Of a stretch of DNA of 41,748 nucleotides, positions 1-10,793 are shown in pieces. The stretch lies in NCBI GenBank assembly GCA_000934665.2, contig KZ538897.1, positions 1 to 41,748 on the forward strand. Direction: 5' to 3'. Origin of the DNA: Catajapyx aquilonaris. Its lineage: Eukaryota. Made by a program: the position numbers and the translations under genes. Each line of letters starts with the position of its first letter. Position 1 is the stretch's first letter. The notes beneath the pieces were generated by a model. That model was not told the DNA's origin. It saw only the letters and a program-made list of their open reading frames with translations, and did not search any database.

Positions 1-259
1 GCAGACTTCTATGACATAGGCATACAAAATCGTGTGTAACTCAATGAAAAATGCCTCGATTTGGCTGGAAACTATTTTTGAAAAAAGTAGACAGTTGCCT
101 ATTTCAGATGTGTAAATAAAAATTCTGGGGTGCATTGTGTTTTTTCTAATTATTAAAAAATGGACCTTACTTTCTGGATGCGCCTCGTAATAATAGAAAT
201 ATGCTATGTTTTCATTTTTTATCCAAATAATGATGGCAAGAAATAGTTCACATTAACAA

Positions 260-432
260 AAAATGTATTTGAAATGTATTTACGAAAGTATTTAAATACT
301 TTTGATGTATTTAGTATTTAGTATCTAATTACTTTCTTGTGCAGTATTTAGTATTTAGCATTTAATTACATTTTTTTGCAGTAGTTAGTATTTAGTATTT
401 AATTATATTCAAGTATTTAGTGCCCATCCCTG
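260..432. mobile_element. Right end of a TIR DNA element with (AGTATTT)-like subterminal repeats, abutting a Helitron copy
   Basis: Repeated gtatttagtattt units at about 265-420 end in gtatttagtgcccatccctg (reverse complement CAGGGATGGGCACTAAATAC, a hAT/P-like terminus). The Helitron copy starts immediately at 433. The left end is not identifiable in the window. Confidence 0.45.
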
Positions 433-665
433 GCAGTACTCCCGTCAACTGTCTGTCTTTCTGTGTGTCCGGCCACCAATGCCATCTGTGGTCCTGCTAC
501 TTCAACACCTTCAACCTCTCCCGCCTGTATAACGGCAATTTGCCTGCCATCTGTAGTCAATCTCCAACACCTCCATCCTCTTGGGGGTGGAGCACAGATG
601 GCAGGCAAATGACGGTTGGCAGGGGGACAGACAGACAGACTCACGAACGGCTTTATTTATATAGA
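433..665 (-). mobile_element. Non-autonomous Helitron, 3'-truncated copy 1
   Basis: Reverse complement of the 12363 and 18180 copies. Starts A|TCTATATAAATAAAGCC with a (GTCT)n tract; the 3' hairpin and CTAG end are missing. Confidence 0.8.
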
Positions 666-2046
666 TATTAGTTATATAGCGTTTTTTATGTAAAATTTAA
701 ATTTTGGTATTGTTCGTAGATAATATCCGTCTTATTTTGGGCGAAAGCACTTGTCTACGCGACATAGCTTCCTATGAAGGAACGAGTTTATATGCGATAG
801 AAGTCTAGCCGCCTTCCGGAAATAGGATTGATGCATCCATGACTTGTATCCGGACCCGGAGATTTGTAACGAATTTTGTGCAACACGGGGAGAGAGCGGC
901 CGCTGCCAGTCCCAGCGGAAAACTTTACAACTCAGCAACACCAATCTCTCTGGCAATTTTTTTTTTCTCTTTCGCGGACAACTTGCAGCGACCATTTCTG
1001 TCAAGACGGAGCTGGATGGATATTGTGGAAACAGAACAAGTGGAAAGGACGGCGGATAAGATTGGTGAATCGAGAGGAATAGGATTGCTGCGAGGGTATT
1101 CACGCAAGCAGAAACGTATACTCAAACCAAATCCAAAGGGAAAACGAGTCCCTCTGATATGCTAAGGAACGTGAAACATGGGATTAGGTTACAACTTACA
1201 AGTCGTTTGCATATCTTACGGTTTCCCTTTATTTTGTGGGTTTATTTGCCTCTAGCGGCTATCTGGTTTTCATTTTCTGAATCTAGGCTAATTCAATGAC
1301 CTGTGTAAGTCATCAATTTGCTGTCGACTAAAATATCATCGTCAGCTACTGATTAAGGGGTTGCCATTAGAATAAGGCGTGAAAATAAAATTGGAAACTC
1401 GACTGAAATCACACTGATAATAAACACAACGAAATGACTTGATAGCAGTTGCTTTGCTGAGTATTTTCAGATTCAGTGTACATTTGCTCGTTTACGACAA
1501 AATTGTGTTTGATGATGTGTCTACCCGATTTGGTGTGTAAATAAAATTAATCGTGTTTGTGCAGCACAGTGTAGTCGTTGGTTGGATGGAATCTCTCTGG
1601 ACTGATGCGATTACCGTGCGCAAATCAGCGGCAGAAGCCAGTGCGTATCGGAGCATCCCACGCAAAATTATATTCCCAATGATTTTGTCAAGCTATTTTG
1701 TCACGGTTCGGATAAACATGATGAATTTCTTAACGAGTTTATCTGCAGGGGAAGCCATAACCACAATCATAATTTAGTGCGGTTGAAACCCAACTTTACG
1801 TGTGGCTTGCTGCGTAAAGTGGTGTGTAGTATAAAGCGTTTCTAAACACTAATGCAGTTTGTTTTTATAAGTTATTGTGCAAGATAATCAATATCTGTTG
1901 TGTGATGAATCGATCCTAAATTCAATGCAATTCAAAACTTGGATGATTATTATATTCGGCTTAGTATTAGCATAGGTCTATTAGCACTTTTGATAACTGC
2001 TGCTAATTTAAAGAAACTGCTCTATTAGAACATGTAATATTCCATA

Positions 2047-2622
2047 GTTATGCGCAAACCCCGAAAACGGCCATTGAGCCAAAAAAAAAAGCGAGCATTT
2101 CACGGAATGCTCTTTTAAAACAGGCAGATCGCGAAATTCTCACTTTAAAACGGGTAGATCGCGAAATGCTCATTTTCAAACCATCCATTTCGTGAAATGT
2201 TCATTTTAAAACAGGTAGACCCCGAAATTCTCTTTTAAAAAAAGCCCAGAACGTTTTTCTGGACTACAAAAAAATGCCAGGACACGAATTTAGTGTCGTG
2301 GCTGGTTCAGAAAAAGCCCACAACGCGCTGTGGCAGTTTCTAGTGGATCACTATACGCTATGTAGATAACAACAATAGGGTGATTTATTTCCAGCATCTA
2401 CTTGGCGTAGTGGGAATACAAGAAACTGCCACAGCGCGTTATGGGCTTTTTTTGAACCAGACACTACACTAATTTCGCGTCCTGACATTTTTGTGTAGTC
2501 CAGAAAAGCGTTCTGGCCTTTTAAAAAAGAGCATTTCGGGGTCTTCCAGTTTTAAAACGAACATTTTGCGAAATGCTCCGTTTTTACGCTCAATGGCCAT
2601 TTTCGCGGGGTTTGATCCTAAC
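2047..2622. mobile_element. Foldback/MITE-like element with long imperfect inverted arms
   Basis: Left arm (aaaccccgaaaacggccattgagc ... cgcgctgtggcagtttct) mirrors right arm (agaaactgccacagcgcg ... gctcaatggccattttcgcggggttt). The left arm has about 39-bp internal tandem units. No clear TSD. Confidence 0.75.
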
Positions 2623-3459
2623 ACATAATAGGCCTACCACTTACATATGTACACTCACCTCTTACTTCAAAATCCTAGCCATATCAATATTCTAATATGC
2701 AACGTTTCACCCTTTATAACCATAAAGTTGAGTGCTTCCTGCAAGATCGGAATTGAGGGATTCAAACTATTCGTTTTCTTCGGTGGAACATTTTGCAACA
2801 CTGCAAACCAGCGAATTGGATTCGGAAAGAACATTATCTGCGACAAGCACATCCTCGTCCTAAAGAATGGTATTGCACTTTAGAGACCTCTCTAGTTTGG
2901 CTATTGGCCCGGGAGGCGAAGAGTCTTACCACGCATTAAGTTTAGTGAGATTGAGGAGAACATATATATCACTTAACCTCTTTCACTAACTCGATATACA
3001 GTATATCATTCGATAAATTGTTGAGATAACGCATTTCATCACATATTATAGGTTTTTTTTTCTATACAAAAATATATATATTTTTTTCATTTCTATTACC
3101 TTGTGATAACCCGATTAGGGTTTATAGGGGGGTGGATTACCACCATTTTAGAATAATTTTTCTATTTTTCTTCAGTCACCGTTCAAGGAATTCGGGAAAT
3201 GGGATAGGGATTGTTGGGGAAGGGACACTATACAAAAATAAATTGTTGTAGGCTACAGGAGAAAAACTGTCCAATTTTGACGGCTTTGATTTATGTATAC
3301 CACTAAGAAGCATTTTAAGTGCTCTATCGCCTGGTTGTCCATTTATAGTAGAGAATACTGAAGATTCATAATGAGAAGAATTTTCTGTCTTCACTAGCAC
3401 AAGTGCAAGGTTAAATCTTTGTCTTCGATTATCTCAAAACTGGTTTTTAGGACTTCATT

Positions 3460-3681
3460 TAGGGCTGTGCGATATCCGAAATTGCATATCGACTTTCGAT
3501 ACTCAAAAAATATCTAATCGAAGTCGATATATCGAAAATCGAAAAACCGACATCGAAAAATATTGCAAACCGACATCGCGATATTCGATACATCGCACAA
3601 GCCAAGCGTCGGATATCGCAACTTCGATATTAGGAAAATATCGCATCGACAGTCGATGTATCGAAATATCGCACAGCCCTA
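3460..3681. mobile_element. hAT-like MITE (222 bp)
   Basis: TIR TAGGGCTGTGCGATAT / ATATCGCACAGCCCTA; 8-bp TSD acttcatt/acttcatc (1 mismatch); interior rich in atcg/cgat motifs. Confidence 0.85.
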
Positions 3682-4700
3682 ACTTCATCCCCCTCTATGT
3701 CCACGAAATATCGTATATACGTTACGCAGCGTGTGATATCATTGGCTATGATTGGTCGTGACACCTAGCCCCTCCCAACACCCCCCCTCCCCCACTTCTC
3801 CGACCAGACATCTGAGACCACAGAATTTGTCTTATATAGAACGAGATTAAACTGACAAAAATTCTCTCTGCCTTTGAAAAGCAGAAAGCTTCTATCCGCA
3901 CGTAATCTGATTACCCTCGTATATACTACCTTCCCGTATTCCATTTCAATACAAAAATACGCTGTGGGTGTGGTTGGAATTTTTATATCAACTGGGCGGT
4001 TGAAAGACGCCCACATAACCTTTGCCACAGTAACATCGACAGTCAATTGCGCAAATATATTAATCCATCTATCATAACCTTCACTATAATGAAGTGTGCC
4101 AACCAGCGAATATTGAAGCTTCTGTTAACACGCTATTTAATTGAAAGCGCCTACTTTCATGCCGGAAATGGAAAACGTCACATCTTGAATTCCACCAGTT
4201 GGAGAAACGTGCGGAATCCGCAATTTCCTGCCGACGAATATAATCCTTCTATCAATTATGAACTAAAGGGTATTCTATCCACCGTTTATTACCACGTATG
4301 AGCAAATTCGCCCTCGGACTTAAAGTGAATTAATATAGGACCAGGTTGAAAACTCAAGTATATTTGAAAGGCGTGTAGCTTTGACATATGAGGAGAAGGT
4401 AATTTCCCTTCGCTTTGGATAACTCACGCCCTGATAACGCGGGTTAAGACTTTCAAAGGGAAAAGAGGCGAAGGATTTTATGGAACAAACTTCTGGGCTA
4501 CTTGGCGGCTAACCAAGTGAATCCAGGATTCTTTTTTAACAAAAGAGGCCTTTTGTGATCTCGTCACCCGAGCGAACATTTTTGGCTAGAAAAAAAAAAA
4601 AAATAGGAGAGACTCACAAAGCCTGCTTAGCTTCAGGTAAGACAATCCTTCTGTTTGCAGATCGGCCGAGATTGCATTTGCTCGCTTCCTCTGCGCCGGA

Positions 4701-4736
4701 TATATAACTCTGGCACCATGCAACCACACCTCAGTT
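4701..4736 (+). promoter_or_regulatory. Putative core promoter (TATA box + initiator) of the CCRFamide gene
   Basis: TATATAA at 4701-4707 and an arthropod Inr-type TCAGTT at 4731-4736, about 30 bp apart. Confidence 0.6.
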
Positions 4737-4843
4737 TGCAAACAGGTAGCTGCCTTCTGTGCATTATAGGGAAGGTCTTCTTCTCCTTGCATCATTTGGA
4801 CTGCTGGCTACTGCTGGAGGCACATCTGTCCTGTGCATTCATC
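4733..4843 (+). other. CCRFa: Putative non-coding first exon (5' UTR) of CCRFamide
   Basis: Runs from the Inr to a consensus donor atc|GTGAGT (4844). The CCRFamide ATG is directly preceded by the acceptor ttttctcAG (6398). Confidence 0.5.
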
Positions 4844-5358
4844 GTGAGTATGGTAGTTATTATGTACTATTAAGAAAAGTTTGGGTGGCATCTCCATGTT
4901 AAAAGTCCAATTTCCATATGATAATGGCATTGTATTGTTGGAAATCGCGAGTGTTACAATTCACGTCGTGGATGCATGTCATTAGTTTGTTCCTGACGGG
5001 AAACTGTAACTTTACATTGTGTTAACAATTTTTAAGGGGGGTGTACAGTGCAGTGACATGTCACATTATCGGATACTGTAGTGTCACGTGATCATAGGCT
5101 ATGTTGGCGCGGTTAGTGTTTATTTTGATATTTTGTTGAGTAGCGTGGGTGCATTACACCAGTATATAGTAAACAATGCATACCTTCATTGACACCTGCC
5201 AGCAGTGGCGTGTCAACACTCTGACATTAACCTAGGCTCGCGTAGCGTCATATTTAAATTAGACGTCAGTTCCATTGAATTTGCATAGCCCTATGCAGGT
5301 AGTTGCTGGTCATCGACAATTTATTGGTATGACCGACAATGAGCAGGGAAGGAGATAT

Positions 5359-5409
5359 TCGAGGTGTAATGTAGCACAACACGTCGTGTTGTGCTACATT
5401 ACACCTCGA
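5359..5409. repeat. Perfect 25-bp inverted repeat with a 1-nt loop
   Basis: tcgaggtgtaatgtagcacaacacg - t - cgtgttgtgctacattacacctcga. Confidence 0.95.
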
Positions 5410-6398
5410 GCACAGTATACCCTTGCCTGGTTCACTCATGACATCGGTGTTTAAAACAATGATTGATTGTAGAGCAGCACGATGCTATCGCCAGAATGCC
5501 AAACGAAGCGAGCCCGATGACATATTACGTGTATTCATTTAAAATTCTGGCTGATGTGACCCAATTTAAATGGAGAGAGACGAATTTCCATTGTTGGTGG
5601 ATCTCCCCGAGTGCAACGGAAAAAGGCAGACGAACAATTTTCAGACTCAACAAAAACCTTGATTGGTCTGGCCTGAAATGATGTCCGTAGCATTCACCTC
5701 CAGGAGACATCGCCCGCAGTATAACAAAAGGCCTCGTGCGGACAAATAATTTAAAAAAAAAAAAAAAAATCGAAATCAAACATTGATTTCAAGCCCGGTT
5801 CTTGGCCTGCCAGGGACACATTCGGAATGATAATTGAGACACACACTGGGAATGGAACTATGCATTGTGGACCACTGCAAACGGACCGCTTGAAACATGC
5901 GTTCACTTTGAGGCATACGAACAGAGTGAGAATGTAGGCGTGTGGTCAGTGAATAGAGGTCCAACATTGGATAGGGGGAAAAAAAAGAGTATCGCATTTC
6001 CTGGTGTGCTATACGGTTGCCAGGGAGCAGTTTTGCGGTTGACCACCACGTTGCGCCACGTATTTCCTCTAGGATAGGAGACATTGCGAACCCCCGAAAT
6101 TGCATCAAGTTCAACCCATGAAATGAACTGTGAAACCCACTGACAGGGAGACTGTACAGTAAAAGGTTGAGTGATTTTTTTCCCCCCCTCTCTGGCTTTG
6201 TCTCGTAACCTGTGAAATTGTGTTGGTGTGACCTTTACGCGTTGCCATGGTAGGCTGTTTCATTGAGTACACCCTTTATCATTGCTGGACTATATTGATG
6301 AACGTAATCAGGTTTTATTGACACCGATTAGTTGACGCAATATTTCGCGTATTATTCATAAGGGTGACTGTTTTCTCAGATTAAATATGTTTTCTCAG

Positions 6399-6779
6399 AT
6401 GATGAGGACAGCCGTGACAATTGCACTGTCATGGTGTCTGCTGGCTATGTTGGCCACCGCCTGTCTAGGCAACGGAGACGATGACGACTGCAGCCTGGAC
6501 AAACTCCGGTGTGAGCTGATATGCACATTCCAGGAGCTGGGTGTTCAGTGCGCACGCTGCCAGTCCAGGATGCCCATGCGCTTTGGAAAGAGGAGCCTCC
6601 GAGGGAGGCAGTCCAAGCAGCAGGGTCAGGAACAGGAACAGGCCCTGAAGCAAATGCTTCCATCTGTCCAGGAACCTACGTACTCGCAGAGACCACCAGA
6701 TGACAATAGTAATTCGGAGGTGCGATCTCGCACTCGGCTTTACTTTCCGAACTTGGGTAGGAGATCAGGCTGGGATTAA
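6399..6779 (+). CDS. CCRFa: CCRFamide neuropeptide precursor (126 aa)
   Basis: Signal peptide MMRTAVTIALSWCLLAMLATA, then Cys-rich CLGNGDDDDCSLDKLRCELICTFQELGVQCARCQSRMPMRF and GKR (amidation plus cleavage). The Cys pattern and PxRF-amide end fit protostome CCRFamides. AATAAA at 6940-6945. Confidence 0.88.
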   Translation: MMRTAVTIALSWCLLAMLATACLGNGDDDDCSLDKLRCELICTFQELGVQCARCQSRMPMRFGKRSLRGRQSKQQGQEQEQALKQMLPSVQEPTYSQRPPDDNSNSEVRSRTRLYFPNLGRRSGWD

Positions 6780-8463
6780 CATTAGTTGCGTTCAATATCT
6801 ATCCAATTCGGATTTTAATGGCTGGTATTACACAAACCGTAATTTTCTGGTCGCAAGTTGGTGTCACTTAAACGTTTTTACATGTCTTTTTATTTTGATC
6901 AGTTTGTAGGTTATGTTGTAGAGTGACGCATTGAGATATAATAAATAGCCTGTCATCAGATGTGGACTTTATCAATTATTTTTGTATCAAGTGGTCTGCG
7001 CTGATACCTTCTCCGGTATTACTGAAGCTGCTGACACCACGATACATTCTTCTGTAATAATGCCATGTATGTTGAATACACTCATTAAACATGCGACGTG
7101 GATTATTTGCTTGCATTTCCCAGAACCTCTTATCATTCCATTTTAAACACGAGTACTATGATATGTGTAAAACCAGTACAACTTATTATGATGGGTAACC
7201 GATGGATATGTGAAAATGACTGTCTTTCGGCTTTATTACTGACAGCACTCGTGTGTTACTTTATAATTAGCTAATGTCCCTCTCAGCGACCAAACACAAT
7301 GACAGGTTTGTTGTTGGGGGGAAAATGCCCTTTGTGTACGAGCATATACGTATGTTGACAAAAGAAATAATAATTGCTTCTAGTTTCATTGTAAATATTT
7401 ACATGGCGATAACTAAGCAAATGGAATAGACCTACTGTTGCGTGTAAATATGAGGTTATGAATTTTTTTTCTCATTATCTCAATATAGCTGAGGCTCACA
7501 CAGCACAGGTAATATTAGATCACGTTACTTATTGCCAATAAATATTCAACTGGTGGACATTTTCGACAATGCTTATTTCTTCTTTATTGCCACATATTTG
7601 TATTTGTACAGCTCTATGACGATCACAATATCATTTACGTACGTAGCTGAAATAATTGCACATACACTATTTTAGTTAATGACGAGCAAAAAGTATTAGG
7701 AAAGCGAAAATTCTAGTAAAACAGGCTTCCGTTAAGTATAGGGTAACTAAGAAATGATTTTAGGAACATTTTTATTTCAATTAATCTGTAGCTGATAAAA
7801 CATGCTCTGTGGCACTAGAACTTGAGGAATAGATTGCGGTAACCGTGGCTCTTCTATAGGCCGACTTCTACCGTAGAATAGTTGCGTAGGAGGATGAAAT
7901 CTGAAAATGAAGAGCGGGGCAAGTCAGGACCTTATTGTGCACCAGGCTCATTAGCGAAGCCTGCTAATTAATGCCACAGGTAGAAGAATCATTCGTTACT
8001 TTTCCAAGCTGGAAAATAATACAGGCAAGGCTGTGCTGCTTCAGGTAGTTTAGGTGAAGTCGTAAGCTATATAATCGCGATATACGAAGAACAAGCGATA
8101 AGAAAGCCTCAAGAGAACATGCGCAATTTTAGTACTTGAGAGCAGATGCTAAAAGGTTGAAAGTTTAGCAATTAGGGATTCTGCGGTGCTTGAACTTTGC
8201 ACTTGCTGGTAAGCCAAGGAGAAAGTATGAGCAAAAGAAGCATCTAACACAGCTTGACAAATGGAGCAGTTTGCGATGATAGTATCATTTTCATGAAAGT
8301 CTGCAAAGATCCCAGGCAGAATAATAATATATTGCAACTCTTGATAACTGTAGGAGATTAATCTGTGAAGCAAACGACATCAGTCCCACCACCGTCATTT
8401 CCCGTCACCAGAGATGGCCAAATTGTTGTTTTACCTGGACCGTTTGGGACTAATGATGGTCTG

Positions 8464-9238
8464 TTATTGTCCACGTCTGTGCCACAAGCGGAAAAGAGGC
8501 ATTGGCTTACGCATATGGCCTCTATAATGGTAAGATCTCTTTCCAGGATTGATTGGGTTAATATTTCCGCCATCATTCCAGCAATCGTCACCCAGGTTTA
8601 CGGTACTGCAGTCTCTCTTTCCGGGAGTTGGTCCGGGCAGATGCCCGTTTGAGGTCTGTCCACCGCTGGTCCACTGGCCATTTTGACAAGCATCGGGGTC
8701 ATCTGGGTTGAATTCGCAGTCTCTCTTTCCAGGGGTAGGTCCGTGCATATGTCCGTTAGCGGTACCGGTTCCTGTGCCTGTGCCGCAATTGTCATCGGTG
8801 TTCAGAGGGTCGCAACCTCTCTTTCCCGGTGTAGGTCCATGTTTGTGTCCATTAGCAGTGCCTGTACCTGTAGCTGTTCCTCCGCAGTTGTCATCGGTGT
8901 TCAGAGGGTCGCAGCCTCTCTTTCCCGGTGTAGGTCCATGTTTGTGTCCGTTAGCAGTACCTGTACCTGTACCTGTTCCTCCGCAGTTGTCATCGGTGTT
9001 CAGAGGGTCGCAGCCTCTCTTTCCAGGGGTAGGTCCAGGCAGATGTCCGTTCGCAGTTTGGCCACCACTGGTCCACTGGCCATTTTGACAAGCATCGGGG
9101 TCGTCTGGGTTAAATACGCAGGATCTCTTTTCAGCGTAGTTGCCATGAAGATCATGCAGTCGTGCCAGAAGAATGGCCAAATGCTTGTAGCTACCTTGGC
9201 AACGACCTCCAGGACACAATATTTCAAACGCCCGTTCT
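8464..9238 (-). CDS. Cal-B: Calcitonin gene, calcitonin-B alternative exon with six paracopies (precursor 322 aa when spliced)
   Basis: Acceptor ttaacctgcAG|A completes the phase-2 codon CA from the shared exon, in frame. Six KR-flanked peptides each have an N-terminal Cys pair and a C-terminal P-GKR. Confidence 0.88.
8614..9123 (-). repeat. Coding tandem repeat, units of 108/99/99/96/108 bp
   Basis: Units 9123-9016, 9015-8917, 8916-8818, 8817-8722 and 8721-8614. The three middle units are near-identical, as are the two outer units. Confidence 0.9.
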
Positions 9239-9882
9239 CTGCAGGTTAAATGAGGAATCGAAATAGCTGCGTGAATAATCGCATGCAAGGCGTGCAAAAG
9301 CTGGTTATGAAAATCAGTACAGTAATAAAAATATGGGTGTAAAGGTTAGTAGAGACAAAAGGCTAGAGTATAGGTTAACGCGGCACCACAGTCCACAGGT
9401 GGCTGGTGGCTGGTGGTGGCATGTAGTGGCTGTGTCTCAAAAACGGAACATGCAGGCTGAATAGGCGTGTATCCGCTGAAGGTAGGTCTGTATCCGCAAG
9501 GAAAGGGGGTTAGGTTAGGTTAGGTTGGTACAGCATACCCCTTCCCCTGCCACATTCGGTTTGTCATTACGAAATCCAAACAAAATCAATACTTGCAGCC
9601 TTGCGTTTGCGACACAGCCACTGCCCCCGTCCACTACTCGCCCTCCCGACTTCTTCGGTGCCTCTCTACCCTACTCCTTCCAGACAAAACGACATCAAAT
9701 GTTGGCAATGCATGTGGCGTGCAGTAAAGTCAACTCAACATGATGTGTCCGTTACATGTCGGTTATTAACGGACACTTCATGATGAACCAACGACATTTT
9801 CGACTCTTCGTCAGACACTACATCCTACCAAGAGAAAAGAGAGAAATGGCTATGAGGTTTTGGGACGTGTTTGTCGTGTCCC

Positions 9883-10111
9883 TCAAGCGTTGTGGGATTG
9901 CTGCTGCCTGAGGAGCGCCCACAGGGGGTGCTGGGAATGATCATCCGACGCCTCTGAGCTGGTGGCGTCAAGAGCCTGGTCCGGACTGCGACGACGACGC
10001 TTTCCGGGAGAGTCTGGGGATACCCAGTAGGCTGCTTGCTTAGCGGCGTCCAGTCCTTCCTTGTAGTCGCAGCTCTGGGACATCCCACCGTTGAACAAGC
10101 ACGTCCTCTTC
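9883..10111 (-). CDS. Cal-A: Calcitonin gene, calcitonin-A alternative exon (precursor 140 aa when spliced)
   Basis: Acceptor tttgctattAG|G gives Q-KR-TCLFNGGMSQSCDYKEGLDAAKQAAYWVSPDSP-GKRRRR, matching the arthropod calcitonin-A pattern (TC..N.G.S..CDYK...YW....SP-amide). Confidence 0.92.
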
Positions 10112-10376
10112 CTAATAGCAAACAAACACAAGATTCAGTCTGGAGTTGACATGATATTTTCTCTCTAGCCTGTGACTAGTTGACATACTTGCAATGTAAA
10201 TATGACAAGTCAAACTTGACCTTAAGATGGCCAGCAGAGCCGTATTATCGATTGAACTTTTGTTTACTCGGTTAGGGTTGGTGATCACAACACGCTTGGC
10301 AATGTACAGGGTGTACGCACGTAGCAAAATATTTTATTGGATACTAGCTTATATAATGCAATAATGAAATACTTAC

Positions 10377-10466
10377 TGAACACTGTCCATGTCGTGCTCC
10401 ATACCATCGATGATCCTTTTGACCAAGCCTAGAGCTTTTCGGTTGAGTTGGATACTTCTTAGATGC
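10377..10466 (-). CDS. Cal: Calcitonin gene, shared propeptide exon
   Basis: Encodes (R)HLRSIQLNRKALGLVKRIIDGMEHDMDSV(Q). Donor CA|GTAAGT is phase 2 and compatible with both A and B exons. The acceptor is NAGNAG (10469 or 10466 start, both in frame). Confidence 0.85.
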
Positions 10467-10793
10467 CTGCTCAGGTCCGTAAGGATCGGATTGCCAAGAG
10501 AGTAAAGATTATACAAGTAAATTATGCGTAAGCGTCATCTGGAAACTGAAATTCGGAGAATTTTTGTTAGTTTCTTGCGTAACACCCTGCAGAAGACGTG
10601 GGCGTTCTTCGACACGCACTAGCTGCCACCTGTACTGTGCAAAATGTGAATACAAATAAATTGATTTCCATTACTGCCAGGTGGCATGCAATATCTTCCA
10701 GGTAACCTGGTCATATAAATTTCCTGACCTATACTAGAACAGCTGAAAGTTCGGGAACTGAAGGCCACAATAACCACTAAGGGCCGGTTTCCC

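Noticed and set aside
832..1059. CNEFCATRGESGRC motif resembling a defensin or CCRFamide paralogue
   Set aside because: In-frame stop at 829-831, no signal peptide, no terminal CxC or RF-GKR.
5463..6114. Possible piggyBac transposase relic (MPNEASP...FKILAD)
   Set aside because: Only a faint motif resemblance; no TIR pair or catalytic motifs seen.
8614..9123. CRISPR-like appearance of the tandem repeats
   Set aside because: Units are in-frame coding paracopies without unique spacers, in a eukaryotic context with no cas genes.
8598..9249. Overlapping ORFs 8683-9249, 8708-9088 and 8598-8795
   Set aside because: Shadow frames of the repetitive calcitonin-B exon.
9239..9297. 5' part of track ORF 8464-9297 as a real N-terminus
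   Set aside because: Non-ATG start, and it lies upstream of the splice acceptor, so it is intronic.
9510..9528. (TTAGG)3 telomere-type repeat
   Set aside because: Too short and interstitial; probably part of a dispersed repeat.
10586..10671. Alternative calcitonin signal exon MEINLFVFTFCTVQVAASACRRTPTSSAG (minus strand, phase-compatible)
   Set aside because: Weak donor (GTGTTA) and poor hydrophobic core. The 17570-17673 exon is much better on both counts. A minor alternative start cannot be fully excluded.
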